Below are positions 43,930-53,522 of a DNA stretch of 64,000 nt, piece after piece. This stretch comes from Deltaproteobacteria bacterium (lineage in GTDB: Bacteria > Myxococcota_A > Polyangia > Polyangiales > Houyiibacteriaceae), in assembly GCA_034670305.1 (NCBI GenBank), contig JAXMNT010000020.1, forward strand, positions 32,001-96,000. The letters are read 5' to 3'. Both the position numbers and the translations under genes were made by a program. The notes below the pieces were generated by a model. It ran no database searches. It saw only the letters and a list, made by a program, of their open reading frames with translations, and was not told the DNA's origin. Position 1 is the stretch's first letter. Every line of letters starts with the position of its first letter.

Positions 43930-44485
43930 GCTCTTCGAGCGCTTCAAGTTGCGAGCGACTGTTCTGAATCAGACCGAGCGCGGTCTCGAGCAGGTCCCGT
44001 GCTTCTTGCTCGTGGCCGTCTTCGATCTCCCGATGTGCGAGGCCGATCAACTCTCGGATGTGGGCGAGGCGGGCCGACCGGTCTGGCAGCGAAGCGCGGT
44101 GGACGGAGAGCTCCCGCTCCAGCTCGCGGACGACGACGCGTTCGCGGATGGATTCGGTGAGATCGTCGATGACCACGTAGAGACCGCCGTCTCCGACGAG
44201 GGTCGTCATGCGGAGCTTTCGTGGCACCGAGCTGTTCGTGGTCCACACCCGAACGTCCCGGTTCGGTCCCACGAGCGCGTCGCGAATCGGAATCGAACCC
44301 TTCTGGAGGGCTTGCGAGAGCACATCCACCAGACACGAACCGTCCACGGCCGCCACGGGCAGACCGAGCAGTTCGAGCGCCCGCTCGCCTGCCCCGAGCA
44401 CACGCAGGTCGGCGTCGGTGCGGATCACCCCCACCCGCAAATGGGCGACCAAACGCTCGACCTCCAAGACCCGCATCGAGCGCAT
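43871..44485 (-). CDS. PAS-like domain protein with helical C-terminus
   Basis: VGVIRTD..LRV...ALELLG and VIDDLTE resemble PAS boundaries; overlaps the AraC 3' end by 59 bp; start uncertain. Confidence 0.5.
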   Translation of the reverse strand: MRSMRVLEVERLVAHLRVGVIRTDADLRVLGAGERALELLGLPVAAVDGSCLVDVLSQALQKGSIPIRDALVGPNRDVRVWTTNSSVPRKLRMTTLVGDGGLYVVIDDLTESIRERVVVRELERELSVHRASLPDRSARLAHIRELIGLAHREIEDGHEQEARDLLETALGLIQNSRSQLEALEELTACEPVSDTESGSDPSNA

Positions 44486-44549
44486 GCTCGCGGAACCCAT
44501 TCGAATGCGTCGAGGACCGAGAGCGCGAAAGTTCGAACCGAACACGCAA

Positions 44550-44671
44550 GCGGGCAAGGGCAGAGGGGCAGAGGGCAGGGGCAGGGGGCAGAGGGCAGAG
44601 GGCAGAGGGAAAGAGGGCAAGGGCAGGGGCAAGGGCAAGGGCAAGGGAGCAGGCCGCTTCGCGGCCTGCTA
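44550..44671 (-). repeat. TAG-anchored element copy 2: 10-bp hairpin then TTGCCC/CTGCCC array
   Basis: Minus strand TAG CAGGCCGC GAA GCGGCCTGCT CCC TTGCCC...; on the corA stop. Confidence 0.8.
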
Positions 44672-45733
44672 GAGCCAGCGGCGGCGGCGGAAGTACAGGA
44701 GCATGCCGGCGGCGACGACGATCATGACGCCCCAGAAGATGAAGTAGCTGTACTCGTACTTCAGCTCTGGGAGGTTCTCGAAGTTGGTGCCGTAGATGCC
44801 CGCCAGAAACGTCAGCGGAATGAAGACCGCCGAGAAGATCGTGAGCAGCTTCATGATGTCGTTCATGCGGTTGCTGACCACCGTGTTGTAGGTCGCGAGC
44901 GCGTCCGACAGCATCTCCCGGTACAGCTCGATCGCGTCGGTCGCCTGGGTCGTGTTGTCGAGCAGCTCCTTCATGAACGGGACCGTTTCTGCCCGGACGA
45001 TGGAGACGTCCAGCTTCGAGAGCTGGGCGATGGCTTCTTTCGCGGGGCGGACCTGTTTGCGAAAGAAGGTCATCTCGCGCTTGAGCCGCGTGATCTTCGA
45101 CAGGATCTGCGGGGTGGGATCGCCCAGCACGTCGAGTTCGACGTCCTCGGCGTGACCACCCAGACGTTCGACGATCTCGATGTAGTTGTCGACCACGGCA
45201 TCGAGCAGGGCGAACGCGAGGTAGTCGACGCCGCTCATGCGGATGCGCCCTTGGCTGTTGCGGATGCGGTTGCGCACCGACTCGAACACATCGCCCGGCT
45301 GCTCCTGAAACGTGAGCACGAAGGTGCTGCCGAGCACCATGCTGAGCTGCTCGGCGATGACCAGCTTCTTCTTCTTGTCGTAGCGAAGCATCTTCACGAC
45401 GAGGAACACGACGTCGTCGTAGAGCTCGAGCTTCGGACGCTGTCCGGTGTTGAGCACGTCCTCGAGCAAGAGCGGGTGCAGGTTGAGCGCGTCGCCGATC
45501 GCCCGAATGCTCGCGGTGTCGTGCAGCCCGTTGATGTTCACCCAGGAGACGGTCTTGGAGTCGACGGCGTCGCGCGCCTCGGCGAGCTCGGACAGCTCCT
45601 GTTCGGTGAGCTGTTCGGCGTCGTAGTCGAACAGGTGGACCCCGATCTCCTCGACCTTCTTCTCACCGATGAACACCAGCTGCCCTGGGGCCAGCCCCTT
45701 GCTCTCCCCGCGCTTCTTGAAAAACCTCGCCAT
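44669..45733 (-). CDS. corA: CorA-family Mg/Co transporter with GTN signature
   Basis: LHPLLLED, QRPKLE, EQLS, MNDIMK.LT, FIPLTFLAGIYGTNF. Confidence 0.93.
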   Translation of the reverse strand: MARFFKKRGESKGLAPGQLVFIGEKKVEEIGVHLFDYDAEQLTEQELSELAEARDAVDSKTVSWVNINGLHDTASIRAIGDALNLHPLLLEDVLNTGQRPKLELYDDVVFLVVKMLRYDKKKKLVIAEQLSMVLGSTFVLTFQEQPGDVFESVRNRIRNSQGRIRMSGVDYLAFALLDAVVDNYIEIVERLGGHAEDVELDVLGDPTPQILSKITRLKREMTFFRKQVRPAKEAIAQLSKLDVSIVRAETVPFMKELLDNTTQATDAIELYREMLSDALATYNTVVSNRMNDIMKLLTIFSAVFIPLTFLAGIYGTNFENLPELKYEYSYFIFWGVMIVVAAGMLLYFRRRRWL

Positions 45734-45768
45734 CGCTGCTCCTTGGTCGCCCGCTAGGAATATGACAG

Positions 45769-45801
45769 TCACCGGACGGGGTTTGGGGCGGTGCCCCAAG
45801 A
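45769..45801. repeat. Partial copy of the REP-like unit upstream of corA
   Basis: TCACCGGACGGGGTTTGGGGCGGTGCCCCAAGA matches the right half of the 13081-13233 units. Confidence 0.8.
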
Positions 45802-45914
45802 GACAACGGACGGTACGTGGAAAGCCGGCCCACCGCGACCGGCCTCGATCGGTGCGGTTCGGCGGTTCGCCCGCTGGTTGCGTCCCGACCCGTTTCGTCG
45901 CAGAAATCGGCATC

Positions 45915-46352
45915 ATGAGCCTGAGCCAAGCACTCACCGACGAAGCCAAGAAGCCCACCATCATCGCCGACTGCCTGCAGTTGATCGACGACGAGGTGAA
46001 GGACAAGCGGGGCCTGAGCGGCGCCGCGATCAAGGCCGGCTACAAAGCCGTCAAAGGCATCAAGCCTGGCTTCATCCAGAACGTCGTCGAAGGGCTCCTG
46101 CCGGAGTTCGCGGAGGGTCTGGATCCGATCCACGCGGAAGCCGTCGCGAAGGGCCAGGACGTGACGTCCTACTTCGACGCGCACAGCGACCGCGTCGCGG
46201 ATGCCCTCTTGAACATCACCGACGCCAAAGCCGCCAAGTCCACAAACGGTCTCGTGAAAGGCACCTACAAGCGCCTGCGCGGCAGCGCCAAGAAGAACGT
46301 GGAAGCGGCCGTGCCGCGACTCGCGAAGCTGATCCAGACCCACGCGGGCTGA
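45915..46352 (+). CDS. Conserved hypothetical helical protein (DUF6918-like)
   Basis: DEVKDKRGLSG.AIKAGY..VK.IKPG, VADALL.ITD. Confidence 0.8.
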   Translation: MSLSQALTDEAKKPTIIADCLQLIDDEVKDKRGLSGAAIKAGYKAVKGIKPGFIQNVVEGLLPEFAEGLDPIHAEAVAKGQDVTSYFDAHSDRVADALLNITDAKAAKSTNGLVKGTYKRLRGSAKKNVEAAVPRLAKLIQTHAG

Positions 46353-46402
46353 TTGCGCGGAAGGTGCGGGCGCTCCGCCGAGCCATCGGTCAACCTGTGC
46401 CT

Positions 46403-46882
46403 GTGAACCGGGCCGTGAGGACAGGGAGGGTGCTGCTGGCGAGTGGCCTGATGGCGTGCGCGGCGACGCTCCCCACCGAAGCGCAGCCAACCCAGCCGGC
46501 GACCTCCGTGGTCGTGCGCGGGACGACGATTCGCACCCAGCCGATCACATTCACGTTCGGCGACCGGTCCGACGGGCAAGAGAACCGCGTGTGGCTCCGC
46601 GTCGAGACGCAGAGACCAGTCCAACTCGAGTTGTTGCGCGTGGAATCGATGCGTGACGGGCGACGGGTGCGACACGCCATCCAGCGGTGGCAAGTCGACC
46701 GCGGCCCTTGGCAGACCGGAGCCGCATCGGTGTCTGGAAACACCCAGATCGGCATCGAGCTCCGGACCCTGCTCGGGGTGGCGGATTCGGACATCCGGTT
46801 GGTTCTGAAAGTCGGTCGGCGGCGGGTGCGCGTCGGGTTCGAGGCCTCCTCCGCGCATGTGCACATGGAGTACGTCCAATGA
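46403..46882 (+). CDS. Hypothetical exported protein
   Basis: Fills the gap between two + strand genes; signal-like N-terminus; start uncertain. Confidence 0.5.
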   Translation: MNRAVRTGRVLLASGLMACAATLPTEAQPTQPATSVVVRGTTIRTQPITFTFGDRSDGQENRVWLRVETQRPVQLELLRVESMRDGRRVRHAIQRWQVDRGPWQTGAASVSGNTQIGIELRTLLGVADSDIRLVLKVGRRRVRVGFEASSAHVHMEYVQ

Positions 46883-46952
46883 ACGGTGTGAACTCCGAGC
46901 CGGTCCGCAAGAGGATTGGATTCGCCGGCAGCCCGCAGGTACCCTGACGCCG

Positions 46953-47816
46953 TTGCTTCGACTTCTCCTGGTTGCCTCTTGCTTCGCCTTCGCGGCGCAG
47001 ACCTCGGTCGCGTCGGCGTGGTGCCAGGCGCGCGATCGGGTCAGCGGGGTCGGAGGCTGCGTACAGCCCTGCATCGACGAAGGGCTGGCGCTTCATTGGA
47101 CCAGGCCCTGCATCGACTACACGGTGCACGAGGACGGTTCCCGGGATCTGGACGACGTGCTCCTCTTTGGGGTTCTCGACCGAAGCTTCGAGTCCTGGAC
47201 CTCGATCGATTGCGGTGGACGGCGACTCGGGTTCGAGGTGCGTCGCCGCGGCGAGCGCACCCGGTGGGAAGGGCCCGCGTACGTGAGCGGCGAAGGCAAC
47301 ACCAACCAGTTCGAGTTCGTGGACGAGGAGTGGAGTGAACGCGGACACAGCGCTGGCGCCTTCGCGCTGACCACGACGTGGTTCAGCCTGAGCGACGGAA
47401 CCATTCTCGACGCCGACATGGAGATCAACGAGCAGCACTGGGGCTGGGCGGTGTGCCCGGACGCCGGCTGCACGGATGGCAACGTCGACCTCGAGAACAC
47501 CATCACGCACGAGCTCGGTCACTTCTTCGGGCTCGCCCACACGCCCGACGACGAAGACGCGACCATGTGGGCGTGCGCCGACGAAGGCGAGACGCTCAAA
47601 CGCACGCTCGAGACCGACGACGCGGAAGGCGTGTGCGCCATCTACCCGGAGGGTGCACTCGACGCGACGTGCAGCTTCGAGCCGCGCGGCGGCTTCGCAC
47701 GTTTTCCTGGCGACGACGGATGTGGATGCCGCGCCCCCGGCACCGGCGGAACCACCGCACCGCTCGGCTTCGCGATCGCCCTGCTGGCGCTCGTGGTCCA
47801 CCGCCGCCGACGCTGA
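46953..47816 (+). CDS. Matrixin-family metalloprotease with MYXO-CTERM tail
   Basis: HELGHFFGLAH, ATM Met-turn, GCGC...hydrophobic...RRRR; TTG start inferred from TACCCT 7 nt upstream. Confidence 0.88.
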   Translation: MLRLLLVASCFAFAAQTSVASAWCQARDRVSGVGGCVQPCIDEGLALHWTRPCIDYTVHEDGSRDLDDVLLFGVLDRSFESWTSIDCGGRRLGFEVRRRGERTRWEGPAYVSGEGNTNQFEFVDEEWSERGHSAGAFALTTTWFSLSDGTILDADMEINEQHWGWAVCPDAGCTDGNVDLENTITHELGHFFGLAHTPDDEDATMWACADEGETLKRTLETDDAEGVCAIYPEGALDATCSFEPRGGFARFPGDDGCGCRAPGTGGTTAPLGFAIALLALVVHRRRR

Positions 47817-47825
47817 CCGTGGCGG

Positions 47826-48944
47826 CTACCCGAGTTCGATCACTCGCTCGACGAACCAGTACGCGGCGGGCACGCCGACGCCGTAGGCTGCGTACCGACG
47901 AACGTCCCCGGCGCGAGCGGTCCAAGCCTGGCCGAACAGCCGTTCCACACCGAGCGCGCCGACGACGAGCGCCGCGACGAAGGCGAGCTGGCCGACCTCG
48001 ACGCCGAGGTTGAAGCCCAGCAGCGACGACGCGACCTCGCCCGGCGGCAACCCGACCTCCCGAAGCGCGCCGGCGAACCCGAGCCCGTGCAGAAGCCCGA
48101 ATGCCAGCGCCATCCAGGCCGGCTTCTGCGAGAGCAGCGTGGTGCTTCCGGTCCGCGTCGCTTCGCGCGCGAGCAAGAGCACACTGAACGCGATGCAGGC
48201 CTCCACCGGCGGCGCCGGAAGCGCTACATGCCCGAGCACCGAGAGCGCGAGGGTGGCGCTGTGGCCGATCGTGAAGGCGGTGATCGTCGAGACCAGCGCG
48301 CGCTTGCGGACCAGCAGAAAGAGCCCGAAGACGAACAGCAGGTGGTCGAAGCCGCCCGCGATGTGTTCCGCGCCGAGCCTGCCGAACGCCACGAGGCCAC
48401 TCGGCCCTGCGCCGAACTCGAGCACCGGCTGAGACACGTCGAGCATCGCCACCGTCTCCCCGCCCGAGCGCGCCGCGCGTCCGCGGATCTGCAGGTCCGC
48501 CGGCAGCCCCAGCAGTGCGACCGAGTTCAGCTCGGTGCACTCGTAGGTCCAGGTGCGGTCGATGCCGGTGCTCGAGATGTGGGTCTGCACGGGACCGCGC
48601 GGCGTGCAGGTCGGCGGCATGCGGACCTCGATCGATCGGTCCCGAAGGCCCGCGCAGCGGAACTGCACCTCAACCGAAGCGAGGTCGGTCGCGTCGACGT
48701 CGAGCATGCCGAAGCCGACCGGGTGGGCCTGTACGGTCGACGGGGCGACCGCGCAGAGGCCGAGACACAAGAGCCCGAGGACGAGTCGCGAGGCGGCGGG
48801 GCGATGCGGCCACGAACGGGGTGGGGTCGGGGTCGGCTTTGGGATCGGGCTTCGGATTCGGATTCGGATTCGAACCACGGGCACGGGCACGGGCACGGGC
48901 AGCACGGGCACGGACACGCAGCGCCGACTGTCGCGACCGTTCAT
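47826..48944 (-). CDS. HupE/UreJ family protein
   Basis: EHI.GGFDHLLF, TAFTIGHSATL, FGLLHGLGFA, FNLGVE.GQ; N-terminus contains hexamer-encoded VP/RI/PT runs; start uncertain. Confidence 0.88.
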   Translation of the reverse strand: MNGRDSRRCVSVPVLPVPVPVPVVRIRIRIRSPIPKPTPTPPRSWPHRPAASRLVLGLLCLGLCAVAPSTVQAHPVGFGMLDVDATDLASVEVQFRCAGLRDRSIEVRMPPTCTPRGPVQTHISSTGIDRTWTYECTELNSVALLGLPADLQIRGRAARSGGETVAMLDVSQPVLEFGAGPSGLVAFGRLGAEHIAGGFDHLLFVFGLFLLVRKRALVSTITAFTIGHSATLALSVLGHVALPAPPVEACIAFSVLLLAREATRTGSTTLLSQKPAWMALAFGLLHGLGFAGALREVGLPPGEVASSLLGFNLGVEVGQLAFVAALVVGALGVERLFGQAWTARAGDVRRYAAYGVGVPAAYWFVERVIELG

Positions 48945-49774
48945 GGCGTGCGCCGTACGTTCAGACGCTGCACGAGCGCGTCGGTCGCGTGTTCGAGGGC
49001 GGCGGCTCGGCGTTCGTCCGCCCACGCTTCAGCGACTTGGCGATGCACCTGCCCGAGTTCCGGGAGCGCGCCCTCGCGCCGTGCGCTCACCCGCACGAGG
49101 TGCTGCCCGAACGCGCTCTCCACCGGCCCGTGCCACCCGTCGAGGGGCGCGGTTCGGATCGCGGCGGCAAACCCCTCACCGAACTGGCGCGCGATCTCGG
49201 GCACCGAGCGGTCCGTGACGACGTACCCATGCAGGAACGGGTCGCCGTCTGCTTCGGCGCGCACGGTCTCCGGCGACAAGGTGGCGCGCACGGCTTCTGC
49301 GTCGGCGCGCGGATCGTCTCGCCGCTCGTCGCTGAAGAACACGTGGGTGAACGCCACACGCTCGCGGGTGCGAAAACGTTCCGGATGCGACTGCATGTAG
49401 TGCTGGAGCTGCGCGTCGGTCGGCGCGTCGACCGCAGCGCCGCTTCGGAGCAGGAACTCCATCTTCTGGATGAGCCGCCGGCGCACGATCACATCGTTTC
49501 GGTCGAGGCCGAGCGCGAGCGCTTGCCGGTAGAGCGCTTCGTCGCGCACGAACCGGCGCACCAGCGCCTCTTCGTCCTCCGGCGGCGAGCCGGTGCGCTG
49601 TTCGTGTTCGAGCGCGAGCCCGCGAATGAAGTCGGGCGAGATCTCGAGCGACGTGGTGTCGCCGGGTTCCGCCAGGTACCGGTGGGCCGCGAAGAGCAGC
49701 CCACCCACGAGGAGAAAATGAACGAGCGGCTCGCCCGCGAAGCGCCGAAGCCGCGACTTCGCGCGCTCCCCCAC
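48941..49774 (-). CDS. Parvulin-like peptidylprolyl isomerase family protein
   Basis: EPLVHFLL.G..LF, LGLDRND.IVRRRL.QKM, WHGPVESAFGQHLV. Confidence 0.85.
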   Translation of the reverse strand: MGERAKSRLRRFAGEPLVHFLLVGGLLFAAHRYLAEPGDTTSLEISPDFIRGLALEHEQRTGSPPEDEEALVRRFVRDEALYRQALALGLDRNDVIVRRRLIQKMEFLLRSGAAVDAPTDAQLQHYMQSHPERFRTRERVAFTHVFFSDERRDDPRADAEAVRATLSPETVRAEADGDPFLHGYVVTDRSVPEIARQFGEGFAAAIRTAPLDGWHGPVESAFGQHLVRVSARREGALPELGQVHRQVAEAWADERRAAALEHATDALVQRLNVRRTP

Positions 49775-49775
49775 G

Positions 49776-50432
49776 TCAGGTCTCGAGCAACCCGCGGAGG
49801 TTGAAGTCGAGCACGATCAGCGCCGAGCGGTCGACGTCGTCGGCCAGGTGTTCGTCGTCGCTCATGACAAGCTGCTCCATGAACTGCTTGATGGTGCCGA
49901 GGACGCAGAAGGCCGCAATCTCGGTGTCGATGTCGCGCACGATGCCCATCTTCTTGCCGTTCTCCAGCGACTCCCGGATGTAGTCGAGCAACGAGTCGTA
50001 GAAGAGCTTGAGGCGGGCATCGACCTCGGCGTCGAGACCGACGGCCTCGCGCACGAGGATGCGGGTCAGCGCGCGGTTGTCGACGACGGTCCCAAGGATG
50101 CGGCGCACCGTGCCGACGAGCTGCGCTTCGACCGGTGGGGCGCCTTCGTCGGTCTCGACCCCAACGATGTTGGCTTTGAGTTCGTCGAGCAGCGAGTCGA
50201 GCAGCTCGCGAAAGATCGCCGCTTTGGAGTCGAAGTACAGGTAGAAGGTGCCACGCGCGATGCCGCAGGCTTCGATGATGTCGGCGACGTGGGTCTGGTG
50301 GTAGCCCTTGGCAGCGAAGACCCGGCGCGCTTCGTCGAGTACCGCCTTGCGGCGGCTCTTGCGCTTCTGGCTCGCACGTTCGGTCCGTCGGTCGGCCGGG
50401 CCGGTGGTCTCGGGGGAGTCGGCAGCGTTCAT
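49776..50432 (-). CDS. TetR/AcrR-family regulator
   Basis: A..VFAAKGY..T.VADI....GIARGTFYLYF.SK. Confidence 0.93.
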   Translation of the reverse strand: MNAADSPETTGPADRRTERASQKRKSRRKAVLDEARRVFAAKGYHQTHVADIIEACGIARGTFYLYFDSKAAIFRELLDSLLDELKANIVGVETDEGAPPVEAQLVGTVRRILGTVVDNRALTRILVREAVGLDAEVDARLKLFYDSLLDYIRESLENGKKMGIVRDIDTEIAAFCVLGTIKQFMEQLVMSDDEHLADDVDRSALIVLDFNLRGLLET

Positions 50433-50535
50433 CGTACGTCTCGGTTCTGCGTCGCCGCGGAAAGTCGGTTGCCAGCTCTCGGGCACAACGGTCCTGTAGG
50501 GTCGAATCGCCGTGTGGATCTCTGTGGCCGCTCGG

Positions 50536-51465
50536 TCATGCCACCACCTCCAGCGCGCCCGGAAGCACCTCGAGGGCATGCAGCGTGAGCTTCTGGATCT
50601 CGCCATCCAACATGACGAGCCGTTCGCGTGGCTGCAGAAACTCGACCCGCTTCGCACGCCGTTCGTCGACCTGCCCGTCTTCGACGTGGCGGCCTTCGTA
50701 GCAACGGATCAGGTTCTTCACGAAACGCGGACGGTTCATCGTGCGTGCGCGCACGATGTCCACCAGCCCGTCGCCGGGATCGGCGTGTGGTGCGATGTGG
50801 AACTTGCCGCCGGTGAACTGGCTGTTGCCGAAACACGTAAACGACGCGGCGTGGTCGTCCCAGAGTTCGCCATCGACACGCATCGGGTCGCGTTCGTGCC
50901 GCAGGCGGGCGACGCCGATCATCGCGGCCAGCAAGTAGCCGGCTTCGCCGAGTGGTTTGAATCGGCGGTTGGTGAGGTCGCCCGCGTTGGTGACGAAGCC
51001 CACGGTGAGCAAGTTGATGAAGTGCAGGATGCCGCCCGCGTGTTCGACCCGAATGACGTCGATGCTTCGGGTGCGGCCGCGGGCCAGCGACGCGACGGCG
51101 TCGGCCTCGTTCTCGATGCCGAAGTCCCGCAGAAACGAGTTGCCGGTGCCGAGCGGCAGCATGCCGAGCGTGACGGGGTCGTCTGGGTGTTCGAGGACCA
51201 GCGGAAACAGACCGTTGATGATCTCGTAGGTCGTGCCGTCTCCGCCCACCGCCAGGATGTGACGTTCGCCGCGCTCGTACGCTTCACGAGCCAGCTCGCT
51301 CGCGTGCCCGGCGTGCTGGGTCACGACCACGTCGATGAACAGGCCCTTGGCCCGCAACGCGTCGAGCGCTTCGGTCGCGCGTTTGCTGCAGCGCCCGCCC
51401 CCGGCCGCGCCGTTGACGATCGCGAGGAACCCCGGACCGGAGAGCGTCTGGTGCACACCGCTCAC
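50536..51465 (-). CDS. Diacylglycerol/lipid kinase family protein
   Basis: IVNGAAGGG, VGGDGT, LPLGTGNSF, GG...IAP.A...DG; GTGA overlap. Confidence 0.9.
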   Translation of the reverse strand: MSGVHQTLSGPGFLAIVNGAAGGGRCSKRATEALDALRAKGLFIDVVVTQHAGHASELAREAYERGERHILAVGGDGTTYEIINGLFPLVLEHPDDPVTLGMLPLGTGNSFLRDFGIENEADAVASLARGRTRSIDVIRVEHAGGILHFINLLTVGFVTNAGDLTNRRFKPLGEAGYLLAAMIGVARLRHERDPMRVDGELWDDHAASFTCFGNSQFTGGKFHIAPHADPGDGLVDIVRARTMNRPRFVKNLIRCYEGRHVEDGQVDERRAKRVEFLQPRERLVMLDGEIQKLTLHALEVLPGALEVVA

Positions 51466-53189
51466 GTCGAGAGGCTCCGCAACTTCGAGCGGTCGGCGCC
51501 GTCGCGCAGCTGTTCGGCGAGCACGTTGCGTTTCACCTTCATGGACGCAGTGCGCGGAAACTCGTCGGTCCACTCGAGCATGGCGCCAACCCGCTTGAAG
51601 TCCGGCAGGCTCTGGTTGCGTCGGCGCAGGTCATCGAGCGCACCTGCCGGGAGCTGGGTGCCTTCTTTGGGTCGAACGATCGCGACGAGTTCTTCGCCCG
51701 TGAGCGCCGCGCCGTCTTTCGTCTTCGATTTTGGCCAGACGAACCCGGACGCGAACACGACGAGTTCTTCGCAATCGAGTCCGTCGAACACGCCCTCGAT
51801 GTCTTCGGGGTGAATGTTCTTTCCACCCGCGGTCACGATCATGTTCTTCGAGCGGCCGACCAGGTGCAGCTGCCCGCTCGGATCGAGGTAACCGCGGTCG
51901 CCGGTGCGCAGCCATCCGTCCTGAAGCACCTCGGCGGTGAGCTCGGGTTCGTCGAGGTAGCCGGCGAACACCGTGCGGCTCTTGACCCACACTTCGCCCA
52001 CACCGTCCGACGCATCGCGGATCTCGATCTCCACGCCTTCGAGCGGCTTGCCGACCGAGTCGGGCCGGAACGGTTTCATGTCGTTCACGGTGAGCACAGT
52101 GCACGCTTCGGTCAGGCCGTACCCGATCACGACCGGCACGCCGATGTCGTAGAAGAGCTGCGCGCGCGCCTTGTCGACGAACGCGCCGCCACAGAAGAGC
52201 ATCTTCAGCTCCGGCCCGATCTTGTCGTGGATGGGTTTGAGCAGCCGGCGGCTCATCCAGCGGCGGGGTTTGCTGAGCGTGAGCGACGCGTTGAGCTGCT
52301 TGATGCCTTCGAAGAGGTGCTGGGTGACCTCGCTCTTCTCTTCGAGCTGCTCGGTGATGCGGCGTTCGAACGCTTCCAGCAGAAGCGGCACCACGGACAT
52401 GTGGGTGATGCCGCGGGTCTGCATGACCCAGCGCACGAACTCCGGACGGAGCGACCGCTGATGCACGACCGTCGCGCCGCAAGCGAACGGGCCGAGGAAG
52501 CCGCACATGAAGTCGATGGCGTGGTTGGTGGGCAGCACCGAGAAGTAGCGGTCGCCGACTTCGAACGGGTACAGCTCGATGAGCGTGCGGTACTGCTCGA
52601 GGTAGTTGTCGTGGGTGAGCAGGCAACCCTTCGGCGCGCCGCCGGTGCCCGAGCTGTAGACCAAGGTCGCGTGGTCGCTGCGTTCGCGTTGCACGAACGT
52701 GCCTCGGCCCTCCGGGAGATCTTCGTAGCGCACGTGCTTCGCAGGCAGCTCGATCTTCTCTGGGACCTCCGAGACGATCACGAGTCCGATCTCGGCTTCG
52801 GGCTGCAGCGCCTCCGGGAGGTCGCGCCACTCGGGGTACTCGGTCACCAGCACGCGCGGCCGGCAATGGCGCAGGAGCACCGCTTGTTCTTCGCCGCTGA
52901 GCTTGAAGTCGATCGGCACGAGCACGGCGCCGCGGTAGAGCGCGGCGTACGCAGCGATGAGCCACTTCGACTGGTTGCTCATCACGATCGCGACCCGTTC
53001 GCCCGCGCCCACGTCCGCGTCTTCGAGACGCCGCGCAAGCCGCTCGCCGCGGATCATCACCTCGAGGTAGGTGAGCGTTTCGCTCTCGCGCTTGCGATCG
53101 CATTCGATCAGGGCGGTCTGCGTCTTGTACTGGAGGAAAGAGTCTCGAAGGAGCTCTCCCAGGCAGCGGTATCGTTCGGGCGGAATCAC
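51462..53189 (-). CDS. AMP-binding long-chain acyl ligase
   Basis: YSSGTGGAPKG, GYGLTE, WLRTGD, GRSKNMIV. Confidence 0.92.
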   Translation of the reverse strand: MIPPERYRCLGELLRDSFLQYKTQTALIECDRKRESETLTYLEVMIRGERLARRLEDADVGAGERVAIVMSNQSKWLIAAYAALYRGAVLVPIDFKLSGEEQAVLLRHCRPRVLVTEYPEWRDLPEALQPEAEIGLVIVSEVPEKIELPAKHVRYEDLPEGRGTFVQRERSDHATLVYSSGTGGAPKGCLLTHDNYLEQYRTLIELYPFEVGDRYFSVLPTNHAIDFMCGFLGPFACGATVVHQRSLRPEFVRWVMQTRGITHMSVVPLLLEAFERRITEQLEEKSEVTQHLFEGIKQLNASLTLSKPRRWMSRRLLKPIHDKIGPELKMLFCGGAFVDKARAQLFYDIGVPVVIGYGLTEACTVLTVNDMKPFRPDSVGKPLEGVEIEIRDASDGVGEVWVKSRTVFAGYLDEPELTAEVLQDGWLRTGDRGYLDPSGQLHLVGRSKNMIVTAGGKNIHPEDIEGVFDGLDCEELVVFASGFVWPKSKTKDGAALTGEELVAIVRPKEGTQLPAGALDDLRRRNQSLPDFKRVGAMLEWTDEFPRTASMKVKRNVLAEQLRDGADRSKLRSLST

Positions 53190-53227
53190 GGTGAGTCTTC
53201 AGGTCTTGGTGACGATCAGGAGGTCGT

Positions 53228-53467
53228 TCAGAGCCGGGTCTCGATGACGTCGGCGAGTTTGTCGAAGGTGGTGACGCCCTGGAGTTCGTAGTCGGGGATC
53301 TCGACGTCGAGCGCGTCTTCGAGATCCGTCATGAGCTCCATCGCCTGGTACGAGTCGATGCCGAGCGTCTGGAAGAAGTCGTCGCCGGCCTTCATCTCGC
53401 TCGCCGGCTTTCCAAATCGTTTGGAGGCGAGTTCGATCAGCTTCTGGATCAGGTCGTCACGGCTCAT
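53228..53467 (-). CDS. Acyl carrier protein
   Basis: 79 aa, acidic, LGIDSY. Confidence 0.9.
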   Translation of the reverse strand: MSRDDLIQKLIELASKRFGKPASEMKAGDDFFQTLGIDSYQAMELMTDLEDALDVEIPDYELQGVTTFDKLADVIETRL

Positions 53468-53522
53468 GGCGGGTTCTCATCGAGTTCGGATTCGTTGCGG
53501 GTTCGGGCTCAGGTGGTGAGAT

